Below, piece by piece: positions 1 to 13,514 of a stretch of 64,000 bases of DNA. The DNA comes from Phoronis australis. Its lineage: Eukaryota > Animalia > Phoronida. Location: contig NMRA01000149.1 in NCBI GenBank assembly GCA_002633005.1, positions 378,192-442,191 of the forward strand, given 5' to 3'. Every line of letters starts with the position of its first letter. The first letter of the stretch is position 1. The translations under genes were made by a program, and so were the position numbers. The notes below the pieces were generated by a model. It searched no databases, was not told where the DNA came from, and worked only from the letters and a program-made list of their open reading frames with translations.

Positions 1-2041
1 TCCGTCCCTCTGCCAACCAAACCATTCTAAGGATGATTGTGAAAGTTGGCATGTATGTTCTTTCTATGAAGGGGACAGTTGATGATGATTTTCCGATGAC
101 TTTGAGTATTGTGGCACCTCCTAGTGGCGGTTTTGTTTTTATCCACACCTGTATCTCCCAAGTCCTCTGCAGGATCTTTATTAAATTTAGCACATGAATT
201 TATATGAAGCTAACAAGAGAAGACGACGACTTTTAGACGGATCCGACGAACACTGTGCCTGCCTCTTGGCAGTTTTTTTGTTTTCCTCTGTTTCTTGAAG
301 TTCCTCAACGAATTTTAATGAAATTTGGTAAATGACTTTCTTTTGAAGAAACAATGACATTTTTTGGTTTTCAGACGGTTTCGACGTATCTTGTGCCATC
401 TAGTGGCCATTTCGATGATACAAACAAAACCCCCTAAAAGCACACCATTTGCGATGCATTCGTGGGCGCATTTCAATGCTCCGCGTTGCTCTTGTTTGTT
501 ATGCTTGGTATTTCTGTCCTTTGGGGTAGTCCTAGCAACAATTATCCTTCACTTGAAAACTCGATTTAATCACCAAAATTCTACTATATCAGTCAACTGG
601 AGTTCATCTGGGATTTTAAAAATAGAGGTTCGTCAATGGGTTTCCCAATTTCTCAAGTTGTCCATGACCTGTGGAATCAAGACTGCGTTTTTATGACCTC
701 AAGTGAACTTGCAGTTATAGCGTGCTGATTTGTTACTACTGAACCATGGGTCTGCAGTAAAGTTTATTCTTAGCAAGCTAAATGAGACCAACCCTACTTA
801 CATGCTTAATGTACTAGGGTGTCCAACTGCTGAAGTGAGTGTCCAAATGGTGGACAGGATGCTGGCCAATGAAGTTGTGCTCAAATGGTATCTAAGTGTT
901 AATTAAGTTGTGTGATGTGCACAAGTTATCAATAACCATTGTCTACATTTTGCTGTACATAAGGTTCAAGTGCTGTGATATAACAGGTTGGATGTCTAAT
1001 AGCTGTTAAGTGTATTTATTGCTCTGGATATGGTAGCATGCCTGGTTGAGCGCTTTTACACCAGAGACTGTTGTCACAGTGTCGGCTGTCACTGCGCAAG
1101 GGACTTGCTCCACTTAAGTCACATTTACAGATCAGCATAAGTCTCTTACACAAAGACTGTCTGTGCATGCTCACATAAACAATAGTGAATGTCCAAATGT
1201 AGAATACCAGCTGATCACCCCAATATACGCTATTGCAAGTGCATTTATAGATGATACCTTTCTGCCCTGTGCAAGTAGTGTTTAGAAGTGTAGCTGAAAC
1301 TGGAGCAACTGATCGAGTGCAACTCTACTTATCAAACCCGTGTCAAATACTGGTTGTCGCGGTGTCACTTGCTCTTTGTCAGTCGTGTTTACACACACGC
1401 TTGCACCCAGTCAGCTGTTTCAGTGTTAGCTGCGTCCAGGTCAGCTGTCTCTTGTGTATATGCGGCTATAGTATGTCTTCACAATAAAACCCTGTATTGT
1501 CTCCAGGTGCATTATTTGAATAAATTGGCGTCCTTTTAGTAAATTTCTTGACTTTGGGAAATCACTTCCGTCACATCTAATAATTGCTAGTTGTCAATTT
1601 GGAAATCGACACAAAAATGATCAGATCACCACGTAACCACTAAAGTCTACCATTTACTGTGTTTTTGTGTTCATCTCAGCTATCTGATTTTGATGGTGAT
1701 TTGGAATGTGATTTGGAAGTGGGTCACTACAACCTAGCTCTTTATTGCATTTGTCACTTAACTGCAAACAGGTTTTATGAGCCAAATTTTCATGTTTTTT
1801 AAGGTATCTGTTTTATTTCATTAAGCAGCCAAAATTCGTTTTTCGCAGTGTCGTCTGTTGATGCACTGTGCTTGATCACAGACTGCAGCCTGTGGCATCT
1901 AGTAAATGGATCATTAGCCTGAGTTCATATCCAGCAACAGTAACCAAACTACTGTGGATGTAATTGATAAGAGTAATTAATGTGTGGATCACCTAAGAAT
2001 CAGTTTACACTTTAATATAGGTTGCGTGTTGTCAATTACAG

Positions 2042-2199
2042 GAGGAACATTAAAGATATATGGCGAATCTTTGTCTCCTGATGTGCCTTACAAGACCTTG
2101 TTGTTATCCACTGATGACACAGCAGCATTCATCGTCAAGGAAACACTGGACAAGTACAGCTTGGACAAAGAGGACCCCAAAGAATATTGTCTGGTGCAG
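2042..2199 (+). CDS. AFDN: Afadin exon, RA2 (Ras-association) domain
   Basis: ttacag acceptor; GGTLKIYGESLSPDVPYKTLLLSTDD...YCLVQ; cag|gttagt donor. Phase 1 to 0. Confidence 0.95.
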
Positions 2200-2774
2200 G
2201 TTAGTTTGGTTATCCGTATTCTGGTGAAAGGATAAATCATTGTCATGTATGGTCTGGCCAGTCATAGTTCATCAGTACCGAAGTTGAGATACCGGTCTCA
2301 TGGTGACTTCTCTTGAACAAATGCAGGACCAAGTATTGAAAGCTCCCATGTGGTTCTGGTTTATCTCATAGTTGTGATATTTTTTGCCACATTTGTGTGA
2401 TTGAAATTCTGGCAGTGTCATTCCTAAACGTAGACAGGATAGCTACAAACTCCAAATTGAATGATGTTGTTCAGATACTTCTGCTCTTTTTGTTTTCCGT
2501 ATGTGACCATTAACAAAATTTTGGAATAATTTCTGTAACAAGAGGATTTTACCAAGTTGACCAACTGAAGACTACCAATGAAGTTGACTGTACTTTACCC
2601 ACCGTGGTGTGAGGGTCGAAGACTACCAATCAAGTTGAATGTCCTTCACCCATCTTGATGTGAAGACCTTGTTTCGTTGTGCATGTCACTCAACTTGTGT
2701 TGATGTTCTTAGAAGTAACGGCAATATAACGTTTTGTTAGTTAGTTTAATTCCTTTTCCAATGTTACTCTTCAG

Positions 2775-2868
2775 GTTCAAGCGAATGACAATTATACAGG
2801 ACAGGGGAAAGAGGAGATTCTTAATGACATTGAATGTCCACTGGCCATTCTACAGACACCGTTCAAAG
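2775..2868 (+). CDS. AFDN: Afadin exon, RA2 C-terminal part
   Basis: cttcag|VQANDNYTGQGKEEILNDIECPLAILQTPFK g|gttagg. Phase 0 to 1. Confidence 0.9.
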
Positions 2869-3119
2869 GTTAGGCGTCTCTTGTAGGCCGTAGTCCTACT
2901 TCAACTGTGCCCTGTCAGTCTTAGGGCCATTTGACTAGATCCAGCATTGTGTGTCATGATAACGGTGATATCTTTCATGGCTGGGAATACAATATTGAAC
3001 CAATGTACTAGAGCACGTATCACAACATAAAGAGCATTTGTTGCCCGCAGACTTTTACATAACCTACCGTGTGCATTGAAAACATTTGTTGCCCAGCTTC
3101 ACGCTCATCTGGACTGGAA

Positions 3120-3458
3120 AACTACAGTCGTCCATATACTAACTACAATTGTCCATACACTAACTACAGTTGTTCATACACTAACTACAGTTGTTCATAT
3201 ACTAACTACAATTGTCCATACACTAACTACAATTGTTCATATACTAACTACAATTGTTCATACACTAACTACAGTTGTTCATACATTAACTACAGTTGTC
3301 CATACACTACCTACAGTTGTCCATACACTAACTACAGTTGTCCATACACTAACTACAGTTGTCCATACACTAACTACAGTTGTTCATACACTAACTACAG
3401 TTGTTCATATACTAACTACAATTGTCCATATACTAACTACAATTGTCCGTATACTACT
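3120..3458. repeat. 21-bp minisatellite (ACTAACTACAGTTGTTCATAC), about 16 copies
   Basis: Directly visible tandem array. It produces the spurious YTNYSCP/HTLTTVV ORFs. Confidence 0.95.
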
Positions 3459-3791
3459 GGGTATGGTGTTTCATGCTACTAAGGACTGGGGAAACCACCA
3501 TTGTCTAAACATTGCTGGTATATTGTTTCATGCTCGTCACGACTGGAAAACGGCTATTGTCTATACACTGTTGGGTTTTAGAATTTGACAGATTTTTTTG
3601 AGAAATGCAATCATTCTCTTTGAGAAATCCAATATCATTTTTTGAGAAATGCAAACTTAGATTCTCTTCCAAATAATAACTCAAATCGATATTTTTTGTA
3701 ATCAAATATCTCCCGTATGCTTTTTAAAATGCTGTTTTGAGGTTCATGCTATCTTAAATAATGTATTTTTATTTGCCTTCTTGAACTTTAG

Positions 3792-3935
3792 GTTCAGTCA
3801 CATTTCACATCCGTAAGCGGTCAGAGGCTCGCCGTAAGCGTCGTCCAAGGTCGGGTCTACACGAAGACACTGGCTTCCCCCATGAGGCTCAAATGGAGAG
3901 TGACAAACTACCCTTCCTATTAGAGCTCAATCCAG
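3792..3935 (+). CDS. AFDN: Afadin exon, end of RA2 and linker
   Basis: tttag|(G)SVTFHIRKRSEARRKRR...DKLPFLLELNP g|gtaact. Phase 1 to 1. Confidence 0.9.
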
Positions 3936-4351
3936 GTAACTGACTGGACATTTGTCTGCATCCTCAACATTTGGTCGATTTCTTTGGCATAGGGTTATAG
4001 CAATTTTTACACGTATAATAATAAAGAGTTTTCTTGAGATTTGGTGTTTACAAAGTTCTTTAGTAAAGAAAAACTTTGTAGTTGTTGTGCAGAAAGAAAT
4101 ATCCAATCACAAACCACAGTTAGGGATATGCAACAGCAAACGTGCATATTTTAGTTGACTTTTCAGAGACCCAAAATTGTGTTGGAAAAAAACATCATGT
4201 AGATTGTTTACTTAACACCCTCGAATGGAGATGCTTGTTTAAGACTACACAAAAGAGTGCAACAGGCTTCATATGGGAAATAACATGGTACTTATGGTGC
4301 ACCATTCATGTCTCGATTGAATTTGTAACCTCATATGTCATCTCACCACAG

Positions 4352-4644
4352 ATGGGTCAGAGTTGAAGCAAGGTAAGAGACACTTCCTGTCGTTGAACGT
4401 AACTGAGATTGGCAGTATTTCCACCAGTGGGCAGCACCTACAGCTGTTTGGGCCTACCATCCAACCACGTCATTGTGTCATCGCACATACGGAGGGCGTT
4501 GTCACAGTGACTCCATCTAGCCGTGACTCAGAGACGTATGTTGATGGCCAGCGTATCTCTGAAACAACCATCCTGCAACACGGCAAGATCGTACGGTTTG
4601 GACGACATCACGCCTTCCGCTTCTGTGACCCCACTGTGGAACAG
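4352..4644 (+). CDS. AFDN: Afadin exon, FHA domain
   Basis: cacag|(D)GSELKQGKRHFLSLNVTEIGS..LFGPTIQPRHCVIAH..RFGRHHAFRFCDPTVEQ|gttggt. Confidence 0.95.
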
Positions 4645-5244
4645 GTTGGTAGTTACATTTTGTAGTGGGAGTGGATTTTTTTGCGTCGAATCATTTTTCA
4701 AAAACACAATCTGGAATTTTTTTGTCTAAGAAGTTAATTTGGAGCCTATGACAAGGCTGGTTATTACATTACACATTATGTCCAATTGGTCTAGAATGAA
4801 ACAAAGTATTTTCTCCAAAAATGTCATTGTCCTAAATTTGTATTGTTACACGTGCATCCTGAGTAGCGGCTGTTACCAGTTATACATTGAGTACGAAAAC
4901 ATGCGTTTTTGGCATTTCACCCTCCACCTTGACAATGAATAGTTATGCTGTTTGAAGATCCAGAATTTAGATGCATGATTTTGAAGTAGACCGCAAAGAG
5001 TGTGAAACTTAAGTCTGGAATTGTATATGACCATATACTGCAGTAAATTATTGACGTGAAATAAACAGATATTGAATCACTGGTATCAAGTATAAAACCT
5101 GAAAACATTTTAGTTACAGTTGTCAAGGTATAATATGCAATGTAATACAGGTGTGTTAAGGATGACTTGTGACTTTCATTCGTGCTGTGTGAGACAGTGA
5201 AATGTGTTTTGTATTTTTACGTGTTTTCTCACCTGTGCTTTCAG

Positions 5245-5372
5245 AAGCAGCAGCGCAGTCCAGGTGAGGGGCCAGTGCCCTTGCGAGGTGGACCCCCAGG
5301 CTATGGGTATGAGCATGGCACGCCTGAGGGTCACAGACAGCCGGAACCGATGCCAGGTCAAGGTCATAAAAG
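5245..5372 (+). CDS. AFDN: Afadin linker exon (FHA to Dilute)
   Basis: tttcag|KQQRSPGEGPVPLRGG...GHK ag|gtatcg. Phase 0 to 2, required to join its neighbours. Tandem AG acceptors (cag aag cag cag). Confidence 0.85.
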
Positions 5373-5614
5373 GTATCGTTAAGTCACTATCAATACTGAA
5401 TTATCTGTTGTGTTTGGTTTTGGTATGGTAGGCTGTCTTCACACTGTTCTCTGTTTGGTTTGTTGCCCGACATCAATTATTATTCAGGTTGGCTGTCGTG
5501 TGCTTCCATGCAATTGTTCTACTTTTAATGATTAGGTCACTGGTCTTCAAGACTACCCTAGTTATTCTGATGTGCTCCCATTATACACTCAATACATACT
5601 CTTGTCTCCTGCAG

Positions 5615-5891
5615 ACCTGGTGACTACTCGCATACACGTGTTAAAGAGGAGCAGCTGCCTGCCTCGTTAGAGTTTCGTGACGAGGGTGAGGATGCCTTCC
5701 TAGCGGCGCTCATCACTGAAGTGAATGGTGCTGCGGTACACTTCAAGCTGAGCCCTACATACGTGCTCTACATGGCTGTGCGCTACCGTGTGACTCGCAG
5801 TGCGCGACCTGAGGTCACCATGTCTGAGCACATGCATCGACTCACCTCACTGGTCAACAAGATTGCTGGCATGGTTCAACAAGCGATACAT
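5615..5891 (+). CDS. AFDN: Afadin exon, pre-Dilute region
   Basis: ctgcag|(R)PGDYSH..LPASLEFRDEGEDAFL..HFKLSPTYVLYM..QAIH|gtaaga. Confidence 0.95.
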
Positions 5892-6324
5892 GTAAGACTG
5901 TTATTTGACTTCATTCCATAGTAACTCGGTGCTGTTGTACCAGCTCTATGAGCACAGTGGTGCTAAGGTTCTAATGTTAGCATTGCACTCTTCATAGTCT
6001 TGCTCATTGTTTTCCCAAGTTTCTGTTATTATACGGGACTCTGCTTTGTACTATTTTTTGTGGTGTTATTGATAAGAAATCATTTCATCTAGCTGCACTT
6101 TTGGAAATTTCCTGCGAGAACACAGTCAATTTGTGAATATCTTGTCATTTAATTGGTTGAAACAAGGCAATGCATTTATTTGGAATTTAGTTCATTGTTA
6201 AGCTTCTGATTGTATTACTATACGTGACTTCAGTCAACATTCAGACGTGCTAGTTGAGATGAACCTTGTGATTAAGTTGAAATTGACTTCAAAAATGGAT
6301 TGCTATGCCTTTCTTTCCATCTAG

Positions 6325-6559
6325 GAGAACCGGGACAATGCAGGTGCGCTTGCCTTCTGGATGGCTAATGCCTCAGAGTTACTTCACTTCTTCAAGATGG
6401 ACCGTGACGTGACCTCATTCAGCCTGGACTCTCAAGACATTTTAGCTGAGGCAGTACAGGCAGCCTTTCGCGACCTTGTGCGCTGCATGCAGGGAGACCT
6501 CTACAGAGCAATGCCTGCATTCTTCAGTGACCGTGGAGGCGATGAGGATGAGGATGGAG
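6325..6559 (+). CDS. AFDN: Afadin exon, Dilute region
   Basis: ctag|ENRDNAGALAFWMANASELLHFFKMDRD...DEDEDG g|gtgagt. Confidence 0.95.
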
Positions 6560-7673
6560 GTGAGTGCTTCCTAGGGACTGAAGAGGGCATCGTTGTGGGC
6601 TGTCTAAGGACTTAATAGTGGTTAAGTGGGTGGTTTTCTAGTCAAGTCTAGGCTAAAGTGCTCTGGTTTGAATGATGGTACTTGGACATGTTTCTGCTCT
6701 AATTTCAGTTATGAAAATTTTAAGCACATTGTGCATTTATTACATTTTAAAATGTTTAGGCCAAGCCTGTTGTGTCCATAGAATTGTGATTAAGGCATTC
6801 AAATACAATTAACTGACTTAAAGCACGCCTTTTCTTAGGTTTCATCATGTCTCATTCTTTCTTCATCCAAACCTACACTGGGTTGCTTGTTTTTACACTT
6901 TGCACGAAAGCAAAGCTTAGACTCTCTGTCTTTTTCTGTTCTAGACTTAAACTGTCATGCATGCCACTGCATGTTCTGTTCATAGTGTCTCTTTCATTTA
7001 ACCCCACTTTCACAGATATTACCAGGAAATAATACGTTGTAGTGATTAGTCTGGTCATGCAGCATTCAAAAGAAATTTTCTCGCCAAACTACTCTGGCGT
7101 CACATGCATCAAGTTTAAGTATATTTCTAGTTGCTACTTTGGCTAATTTCCCACAAATAGTTGATGTTGGAGTCGTTATAGTGCTCTGAAGTATTGCACC
7201 TGTATGACATCAGAGATAGTCTGAGGTTTTGTGTATTGCATGTTAATGAGTGAGTGAACTAACTTTGATCTTGTGTTTTTTGTTGTCCGCGTTAGGTTTT
7301 CACTGTCCTCCACTGATGAGGCTTGATAACATGAATGTCTCACGGTGGTAGATAGACCCCGTACTAATTTTCATCCCTGTCTGTTCTGAAACACCTCATC
7401 TTTATAGTTGTGTGTCAACTGAGTATTCAAACAAACTACTGCTCTTAAATCAAGCACTTAATTGTATGAATTGTCAAGACACTTTAACAGTCACGCGTTG
7501 AATTCAAGGTATCAATTTAAAATTGAAATTTTGAATTCTGACTGCTGGGTAATTCCCTATCAGCAATTTGCTGCGTGCAAGTCTCCCTGTAGTGAACTCT
7601 TAGTTCTATACTCTTAACTGACTGTCTGTTTCTCTTGCCTCTCATTAATCGCTTGTGTGCTTGCTTGTCGCAG

Positions 7674-7721
7674 ATGACAGTTCACTTGACAGTCGTGGCC
7701 AGCCTCGGGGACCGGTACTAG
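7674..7721 (+). CDS. AFDN: Afadin 48-nt small exon (symmetric phase 1)
   Basis: Long pyrimidine tract, tcgcag|(D)DSSLDSRGQPRGPVL g|gtacgc. Joins in frame to GDVIHTL. Confidence 0.75.
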   Translation: MTVHLTVVASLGDRY

Positions 7722-8868
7722 GTACGCTCATTTCCTTCCACACATTTTTCACCTAGTACTTCTGCTTACTATTGTGATTTACTCGCACAATGATGATTTC
7801 AAACTTCCATGTTTCATTTGCCATTTTAAAACTTTTTCTGTTTGATGTTTCTTTTGCTGCTCAATTGACTGCGTCCAGGTTGCCAGTCTTCTTCCCTCAC
7901 GAACCACACAAGTGTTCTTACTAACAACATTCTTTCCCCGCAAGCTTTATTACGTTTATCATGCCCTTAACTTATTTTCTTACATTTTCTCATGAATCAC
8001 AGATCATTTCTGATGTGCTTTTGGCCAGTTCTAGTGTACAGACAGTTTGATACTTTGTACCAGGCTTGTACCTTTTACCAGAGAGTGAAAAGGGATGCTG
8101 TTTATCAGGAAAACATTGTACTCATGAGAAAAGAATGCTGTTACTGAGAAGTCTTGTGTGGTTCATAAGAGCAGAAGAGTGATTTCCCTGTTGTATATTG
8201 ATAGTTAAGTTGACGTATTATTTCTTTTATAATATCACCATTGTTCTTAGATGTTTAGACTCAACTTGCAACCACCTTGTCAGCACAGTGCTCTGCATGT
8301 TTTTCCATGATTCTTTCCAGTGTCACTTTTGAATTTGCTTTACACTAGTAGTCAAAAAAAAATTTCCTGGCAATTATCGTTTTTTAGTTATAGCCAGTGA
8401 CAGTTGTGATGTCTCAAACTTTATTTCTCATTGATTGAAGAAGTTCCCCCTGTTGGAAATCATGCTGTACTGTGGTCATTCACATTTCATTCATGCATGT
8501 AAACATTGTTTGGGAAGGTGAAGTACTTGGTCATGTGTATACTGTGGTAAATGTTTGCAGTACTCCCATCTCCTGTAAATGGAAAGGAACTATCTTAGTA
8601 CACTTCTTCCTAATGATTTCACTGATTTCTCTTAGTTGAATTTCAGACAGTCTAGTCTCATGTTCAGAGATTCAGTTCTTTTCATAAGATTGTGCTATGA
8701 AGTTAAGTTGGTGTTTAGGTAATAACTATCACTGTCATTTTTGTTTGCAAAAGTTTGCTGAGTCTATACTGTCCACTCTAATTTTATTACCTCAAGGAGC
8801 CTTTTACGTGTGGTAGTTGGCTGCACCTTTTAACGTTGAACATGGACCTGTCTTGTCTGCCCCACCAG

Positions 8869-9134
8869 GTGACGTAATTCATACACTATCATCAGCTATG
8901 TCACTACTGCGCCGTTGCCGTGTGAACGCAGCCTTAACCATCCAGTTGTTCTCTCAACTCTTCCACTTCATCAACATGTGGCTGTTCAATCAGTTGGTGC
9001 TGGAGCCTGCCGCACAGCTGTGTACTCGTGACTGGGGCATGAGACTGAAGCGCCACCTGGGGAGAATCGAGGCATGGGCAGAGAAACAGGGACTGGAATT
9101 AGCAGCTGACTGTCACCTGTGTAGGATTATTCAG
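8869..9134 (+). CDS. AFDN: Afadin exon, Dilute domain core
   Basis: caccag|(G)DVIHTLSSAMSLLRRCRVNAALTIQLFSQLFHFINMWLFN...AEKQGLELAADCHLCRIIQ|gtaata. Confidence 0.97.
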
Positions 9135-9868
9135 GTAATAATAACAAGGACAACCTGAAGCACCTCACAAAATAAATAAATCTGATGCACTGCAATGGTA
9201 GTTGTGTTAGTTACACTTAAACATTTGATGTTCCATCAGAGGTTGAAAGACGAGGCTTTAAATTTTTATTTGAAAGCTTTCACATCGTAGATGTTCATTT
9301 AATTGTGTAGACAATACATCGAAGAAGAATGGTGTAGTTTTTGGATATGTGGAACCCTTGAAAATGGCCAAATTTGGCTAATTTTGGAACATATCTCAAA
9401 AATGGCTGATCAGATTCACTTGAAACTTTCTCATGCTCTGCTTCATACACCGTTCTCCATTACGCTGTTTGGAATTGTTTTTAGAGTGTTCCATTTTTGC
9501 ATGAGGGGCTATAAAAATTTGAAAGTTAAGTAAACAGAAAGTAATTTGATGTAGTTCAATGATGGCCTTAAATGTCCATATAGTTATTAATATTCACCCT
9601 GTTTGGTTATAGCATTCTGTCCTGTTACCACATATTCCTATTGTTCATGGAGTTGACTACAACATGAAAATAAAACTCTGCAGTTGACATAGCTGGTCTG
9701 GCATTGCTGTGTCACTCTTTCACTTTGTCATTCTATGGTGAATTCAGCCTCATCTTGACAATTCTCTCGATTTCTCACTATGAATGTATCGAACACATTT
9801 TATAGTCATAGACCGGTGTCCAAAGCCAGTCTACTTCTGTTTCTTAATATGAGATTTCTGCCCAACAG

Positions 9869-10030
9869 GCGGCTCACCTTCTTCAGTCACCCAAAAGCAG
9901 TCCCGACGACATCGCCAGTATTAGCTCCACATGCTTCAAGCTGAACTCTCTCCAGCTGAGAGCACTGTTGGAGAACTACATCCCGGCACCGGATGAACAG
10001 CGCATCCCTCAAGACCTCATCGAGAGTGTG
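9869..10030 (+). CDS. AFDN: Afadin exon, Dilute domain
   Basis: caacag|AAHLLQSPKSSPDDIASISSTCFKLNSLQLRALLENY...LIESV|gtatgt. Confidence 0.95.
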
Positions 10031-10977
10031 GTATGTACTGGCGCTTACTCTATGCTTGTTGCCTTAACCAAAGTTTCGTGTTATGGGTAATTTAGTTGTT
10101 TGCTAAGTGGCAGCATGCCGTTGCTTTATGAACTAATCCTTGAACGACAATTGACTGAAATTAAATAAGCAAAATAACTTCTATTAAGCACAAAAAGTTG
10201 TAATAAATTTATCCAACCAGTTATTCAGGCAAGGTGTTTTGTTTCTTGCAAAACCTACAGAACTTGTTTTTACAATGAAAGATCTTGATTCGTTATTTAG
10301 ATCTAACTAATTGTGTTTATGTATGAACTCAAACATTTTACAAGTCTTGATTACTGAGTTTTGTTCACAGCTATAGTTGTGTTATTTCTTTGTCAATATA
10401 GTTTGTTAATTAACTTAATTTTATTAGGTGACCGCTCTACGTGGCTTAGTCAACTAAGAGGTTTTACCAAATTTGCGAATGCAATGAATGAATGTTTGGA
10501 TTTTGCGTTCCATCTCATAGGCAGTCTTCATGGATTAGCTGAAAATCAGTTATAATCATAGCCGAACTTTCAGAATATCACGGTTTCAACATTTGAAAAT
10601 TCTTTAAAAACATCATTTTCGACGTCATGACCCTTGATGAACGATAAATGTGTAGTCGCAGGTTACCACGCCTCATCTGACCACGCTCTCAAAATACTAC
10701 AGCAGTTGGAACTGTTCAGCAGAAGTCAGAAAGACTCGGCTGAATGTCTGTCTCGGGGGGTGAGGCAAAAGAAAGAACAAAGGATTTCAATTTTGACATT
10801 TGATAATGATGTTTGGCAACCTCAGTTCACATTTGGCATCCTGGGAGTGTTTCTATGGGCTTGTATATGCAATCGCAGAAGTCACGTAAAGTCTTCCTGA
10901 GCTTGTGGATGACCTGCCCAAAGTGAATGTTCTGTTGTTAAAACTCCTCCATGTCTAATATCCCTTCTTGCCGCCAG

Positions 10978-11158
10978 GTGTCAGTAGCGGCCAACACAGC
11001 GGATGAGCTAACCCGTAGCGAAGGCCGTGATGTGCGTCTGGAGGAGGAGCCTGATCTCCAGCTTCCGTTCCTGTTGCCGGAGGATGGTTACTCCAGCGAC
11101 ATCGTCCGAGGACTCCCCAATGGTCTGCCAGACTTCCTTGAGCCTCTCAGTCAGACGG
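10978..11158 (+). CDS. AFDN: Afadin exon, post-Dilute conserved block
   Basis: cgccag|VSVAANTADELTRSEGRDVRLEEEPDLQLPFLLPEDGYSSD...LSQT g|gtacgt. Confidence 0.95.
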
Positions 11159-11889
11159 GTACGTTCACGAGCTGGCCTTGTATGGGTGTTTGGCTGTGTT
11201 CATTGCACAAGTCACTGCTTGGATTGAAACTGAATGTTAGGTTTGATGACTCTGTATTGTCTTCCTGTTAGAAATTTAACCTGTGCAGTACCAGCAGTAG
11301 GACTAGTAATCAATCCATTGAGTCCAAAACATTGAAAATATGTAGTTGGATTAGCAGTAAGATGTGATTCAGTAGCATTTTACATTCGTGAATACATGAC
11401 ATCATATGACCTCAAAGGGGTAAGGTATGACTGGTGTGCACCTTTTATTTGTTGCCTTTACCTCTATAATTATGCCCAAAATGGTGTAATTTGATCCTAA
11501 ATTGATGATAAGCATATTTGTTGACATTGGGCATCGTAATGTCACTGGTTTTATCCTAGAAACTCGGCTTGCATTTATACTGACTTATGGCTCTCCCAAT
11601 TCCTCGTCTTTCTGTTAAACATTCAGACTGGTTGCTATTAGTTACATCACAGCTTGCCACAGCTGTCTGCAGTGTTACTTGTCCTTTAATGTTGCGTATT
11701 CCCGTTTTCCAAAAATATGATTTAAATTTTCCAAACATGCAGCCATAGTATGTGTTGCTTGATGGAATGTTTGTGAGGAAATTTGTTGTCGCCAAATTTC
11801 TTAAAAGTCTGTTTTCAAGAACTACAAGATATTTCTGTGTCTTCTTCACTTGAGTTATAACAGTGTGAGAATGTGTCATCTTCTTATAG

Positions 11890-11975
11890 GCATATGTCGC
11901 ATGACGCTGCACCCAAAGGCTTCAGGTTTGTGGACCGTGTACATGGTGGGACCAGACGGAGTTGGCTCACCGGAG
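11890..11975 (+). CDS. AFDN: Afadin exon
   Basis: ttatag|(G)ICRMTLHPKASGLWTVYMVGPDGVGSPE|gtgtgt. Phase 1 to 0. Confidence 0.9.
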
Positions 11976-12135
11976 GTGTGTACATTCACGTGGGATGAGA
12001 CTAGTTTGATCGACTCCTTGTTTGGACATTATTACCTCTTCCGTTCTCCAGGATGTTGCAATTGTACCCTCTGATAATGTTTGTCTTGGTTGTCTGTGTA
12101 TGTCGTCTGCCTTGAGGTGGCGTTGTGGTAACATG

Positions 12136-12508
12136 ATTTCTAAAATCTTCTGGTCTATTTGGACCACACTTTAGCCTATTTACACTGGCGCCATGTTTCA
12201 CTTGGTCACTTCTCCGGCCATCTTCAGGTGTTAGAGTGCTTGTAGTTCAATCCCAGCGTGGGTCAAGAGAATGAAAGAAGTGCTCATCAATGACCACCAC
12301 GAGTGTAACGTACACCTGTGCTCATTCTTCTGAGAACGCTGTAACACCTGAAGATGGGCAGAGAAATGACTAACACCTGAAGGTGGGCAGAGAAGTGACC
12401 AGCAGAAACGCTGTAATACCTGAAGGTGGGCAGAGAAATGACCAACAGAAACTCTGTCCTATTGTAAAATGGCTAGTCAGTGTAAATAGACCAATAGATT
12501 TTAGAAAT
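12136..12508. mobile_element. Inverted-repeat element with internal tandem CCTGAAG(A/G)TGGGCAGAGAA units (MITE-like or Penelope-like end)
   Basis: atttctaaaatcttctggtctattt (12136-12160) matches the reverse complement of 12484-12508 (atttctaaaatctattggtctattt). Further inverted match between ~12203-12232 and ~12342-12400. Confidence 0.65.
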
Positions 12509-12813
12509 ATATGTCCGGATTTATGAATGTAGCTGTTTTGCTAAATTCTACCAAAAAGAAATGATCACTTGACCCAATTAATGACGCGGATTTTGAGTCT
12601 AAAACTGCAAGTTCTCTACTTCCAGAACATATATACTTTTACTGTTTTAAATTCTGTAGTTTTGTTGATATTTGACTTAATGCTGCACAAAGTTACTGAT
12701 AAGGTTAGTGGTAGATAACCTTAATTTTTAGTTTTATTGATTGCTTTGTTTGTCGATTTCTTCTCATGCATGCCCAGTGTCAATGTTACAGCTTTCTGTA
12801 TTTTCTGAGCCAG

Positions 12814-12866
12814 TTTTCTGGAGTCATTGATGACATCGATGACTCATTTCACACTCTCGGTCTTAA
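12814..12866 (+). CDS. AFDN: Candidate alternative small exon A (paired with 13515-13563)
   Basis: agccag|FSGVIDDIDDSFHTLGL aa|gtaggt. Phase 0 to 2, no homology support. Confidence 0.35.
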
Positions 12867-13514
12867 GTAGGTACTCCTGCTTTGTGGTTACAATAACCAT
12901 CAGTTAGTGTCTTGTACTGTTCGCAGGACTCTCCCATTATATATAATTAGTTTGTCAACTTTGCGAAAGTTCAAAACAAACACCCCCATTGACTTTTGGC
13001 ACACATTGGTTTACTATGCCCTCTGTGGGAATGGGAACACATGACACATATGTTGTTGTGCAGGTTTTTTGAACAGTTTTGTCTAAATGTATTGCATGTA
13101 TTGTCTATATTTGTAACATTTGTTTTGGTAACTATAGTAGGACTTGTTGAATTGGTTTACTCCTTTACATTTCAACTTCTTTCAAGTACAAGTCATAGGG
13201 TCAATGCTAATAGAATAAGCATTTCGTTACCTCACTTAAGACTTCCTGATATCAATAAGCCCAGCCAGTCACTCTTTATTTGCAATTCGTGCTCAAATTG
13301 TCTCAGCAAGCTGGAAAGTCACGCCGTGTATTGGCAATGAGCAACTGGAGATTCCTCTGCTGTGTATATTGCTTTGTTGTTGGTAATTATTCCACATTTC
13401 ACCAAACATTTTACCAGACCAGTGAAACTAACGAGGTCACTTAATATCAGTGGAAGCCTGTCACTTATGTAGATTTTCCCTCAAGTTTACTTGCCCAACT
13501 TGTCACGCAGCCAG

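Noticed and set aside
1411-1439. Possible microexon upstream of the RA2 exon
   Set aside because: Ambiguous boundaries, and the upstream exon phase is unknown because it lies outside the window.
3069-3588. ORFs with YTNYSCP / HTLTTVV repeats
   Set aside because: Translations of a 21-bp intronic minisatellite with no splice context.
7296-7350. Possible extra exon after a pyrimidine tract (GFHCPPLMRLDNMNVSRW)
   Set aside because: No phase-compatible donor before the stop codon; unsupported.
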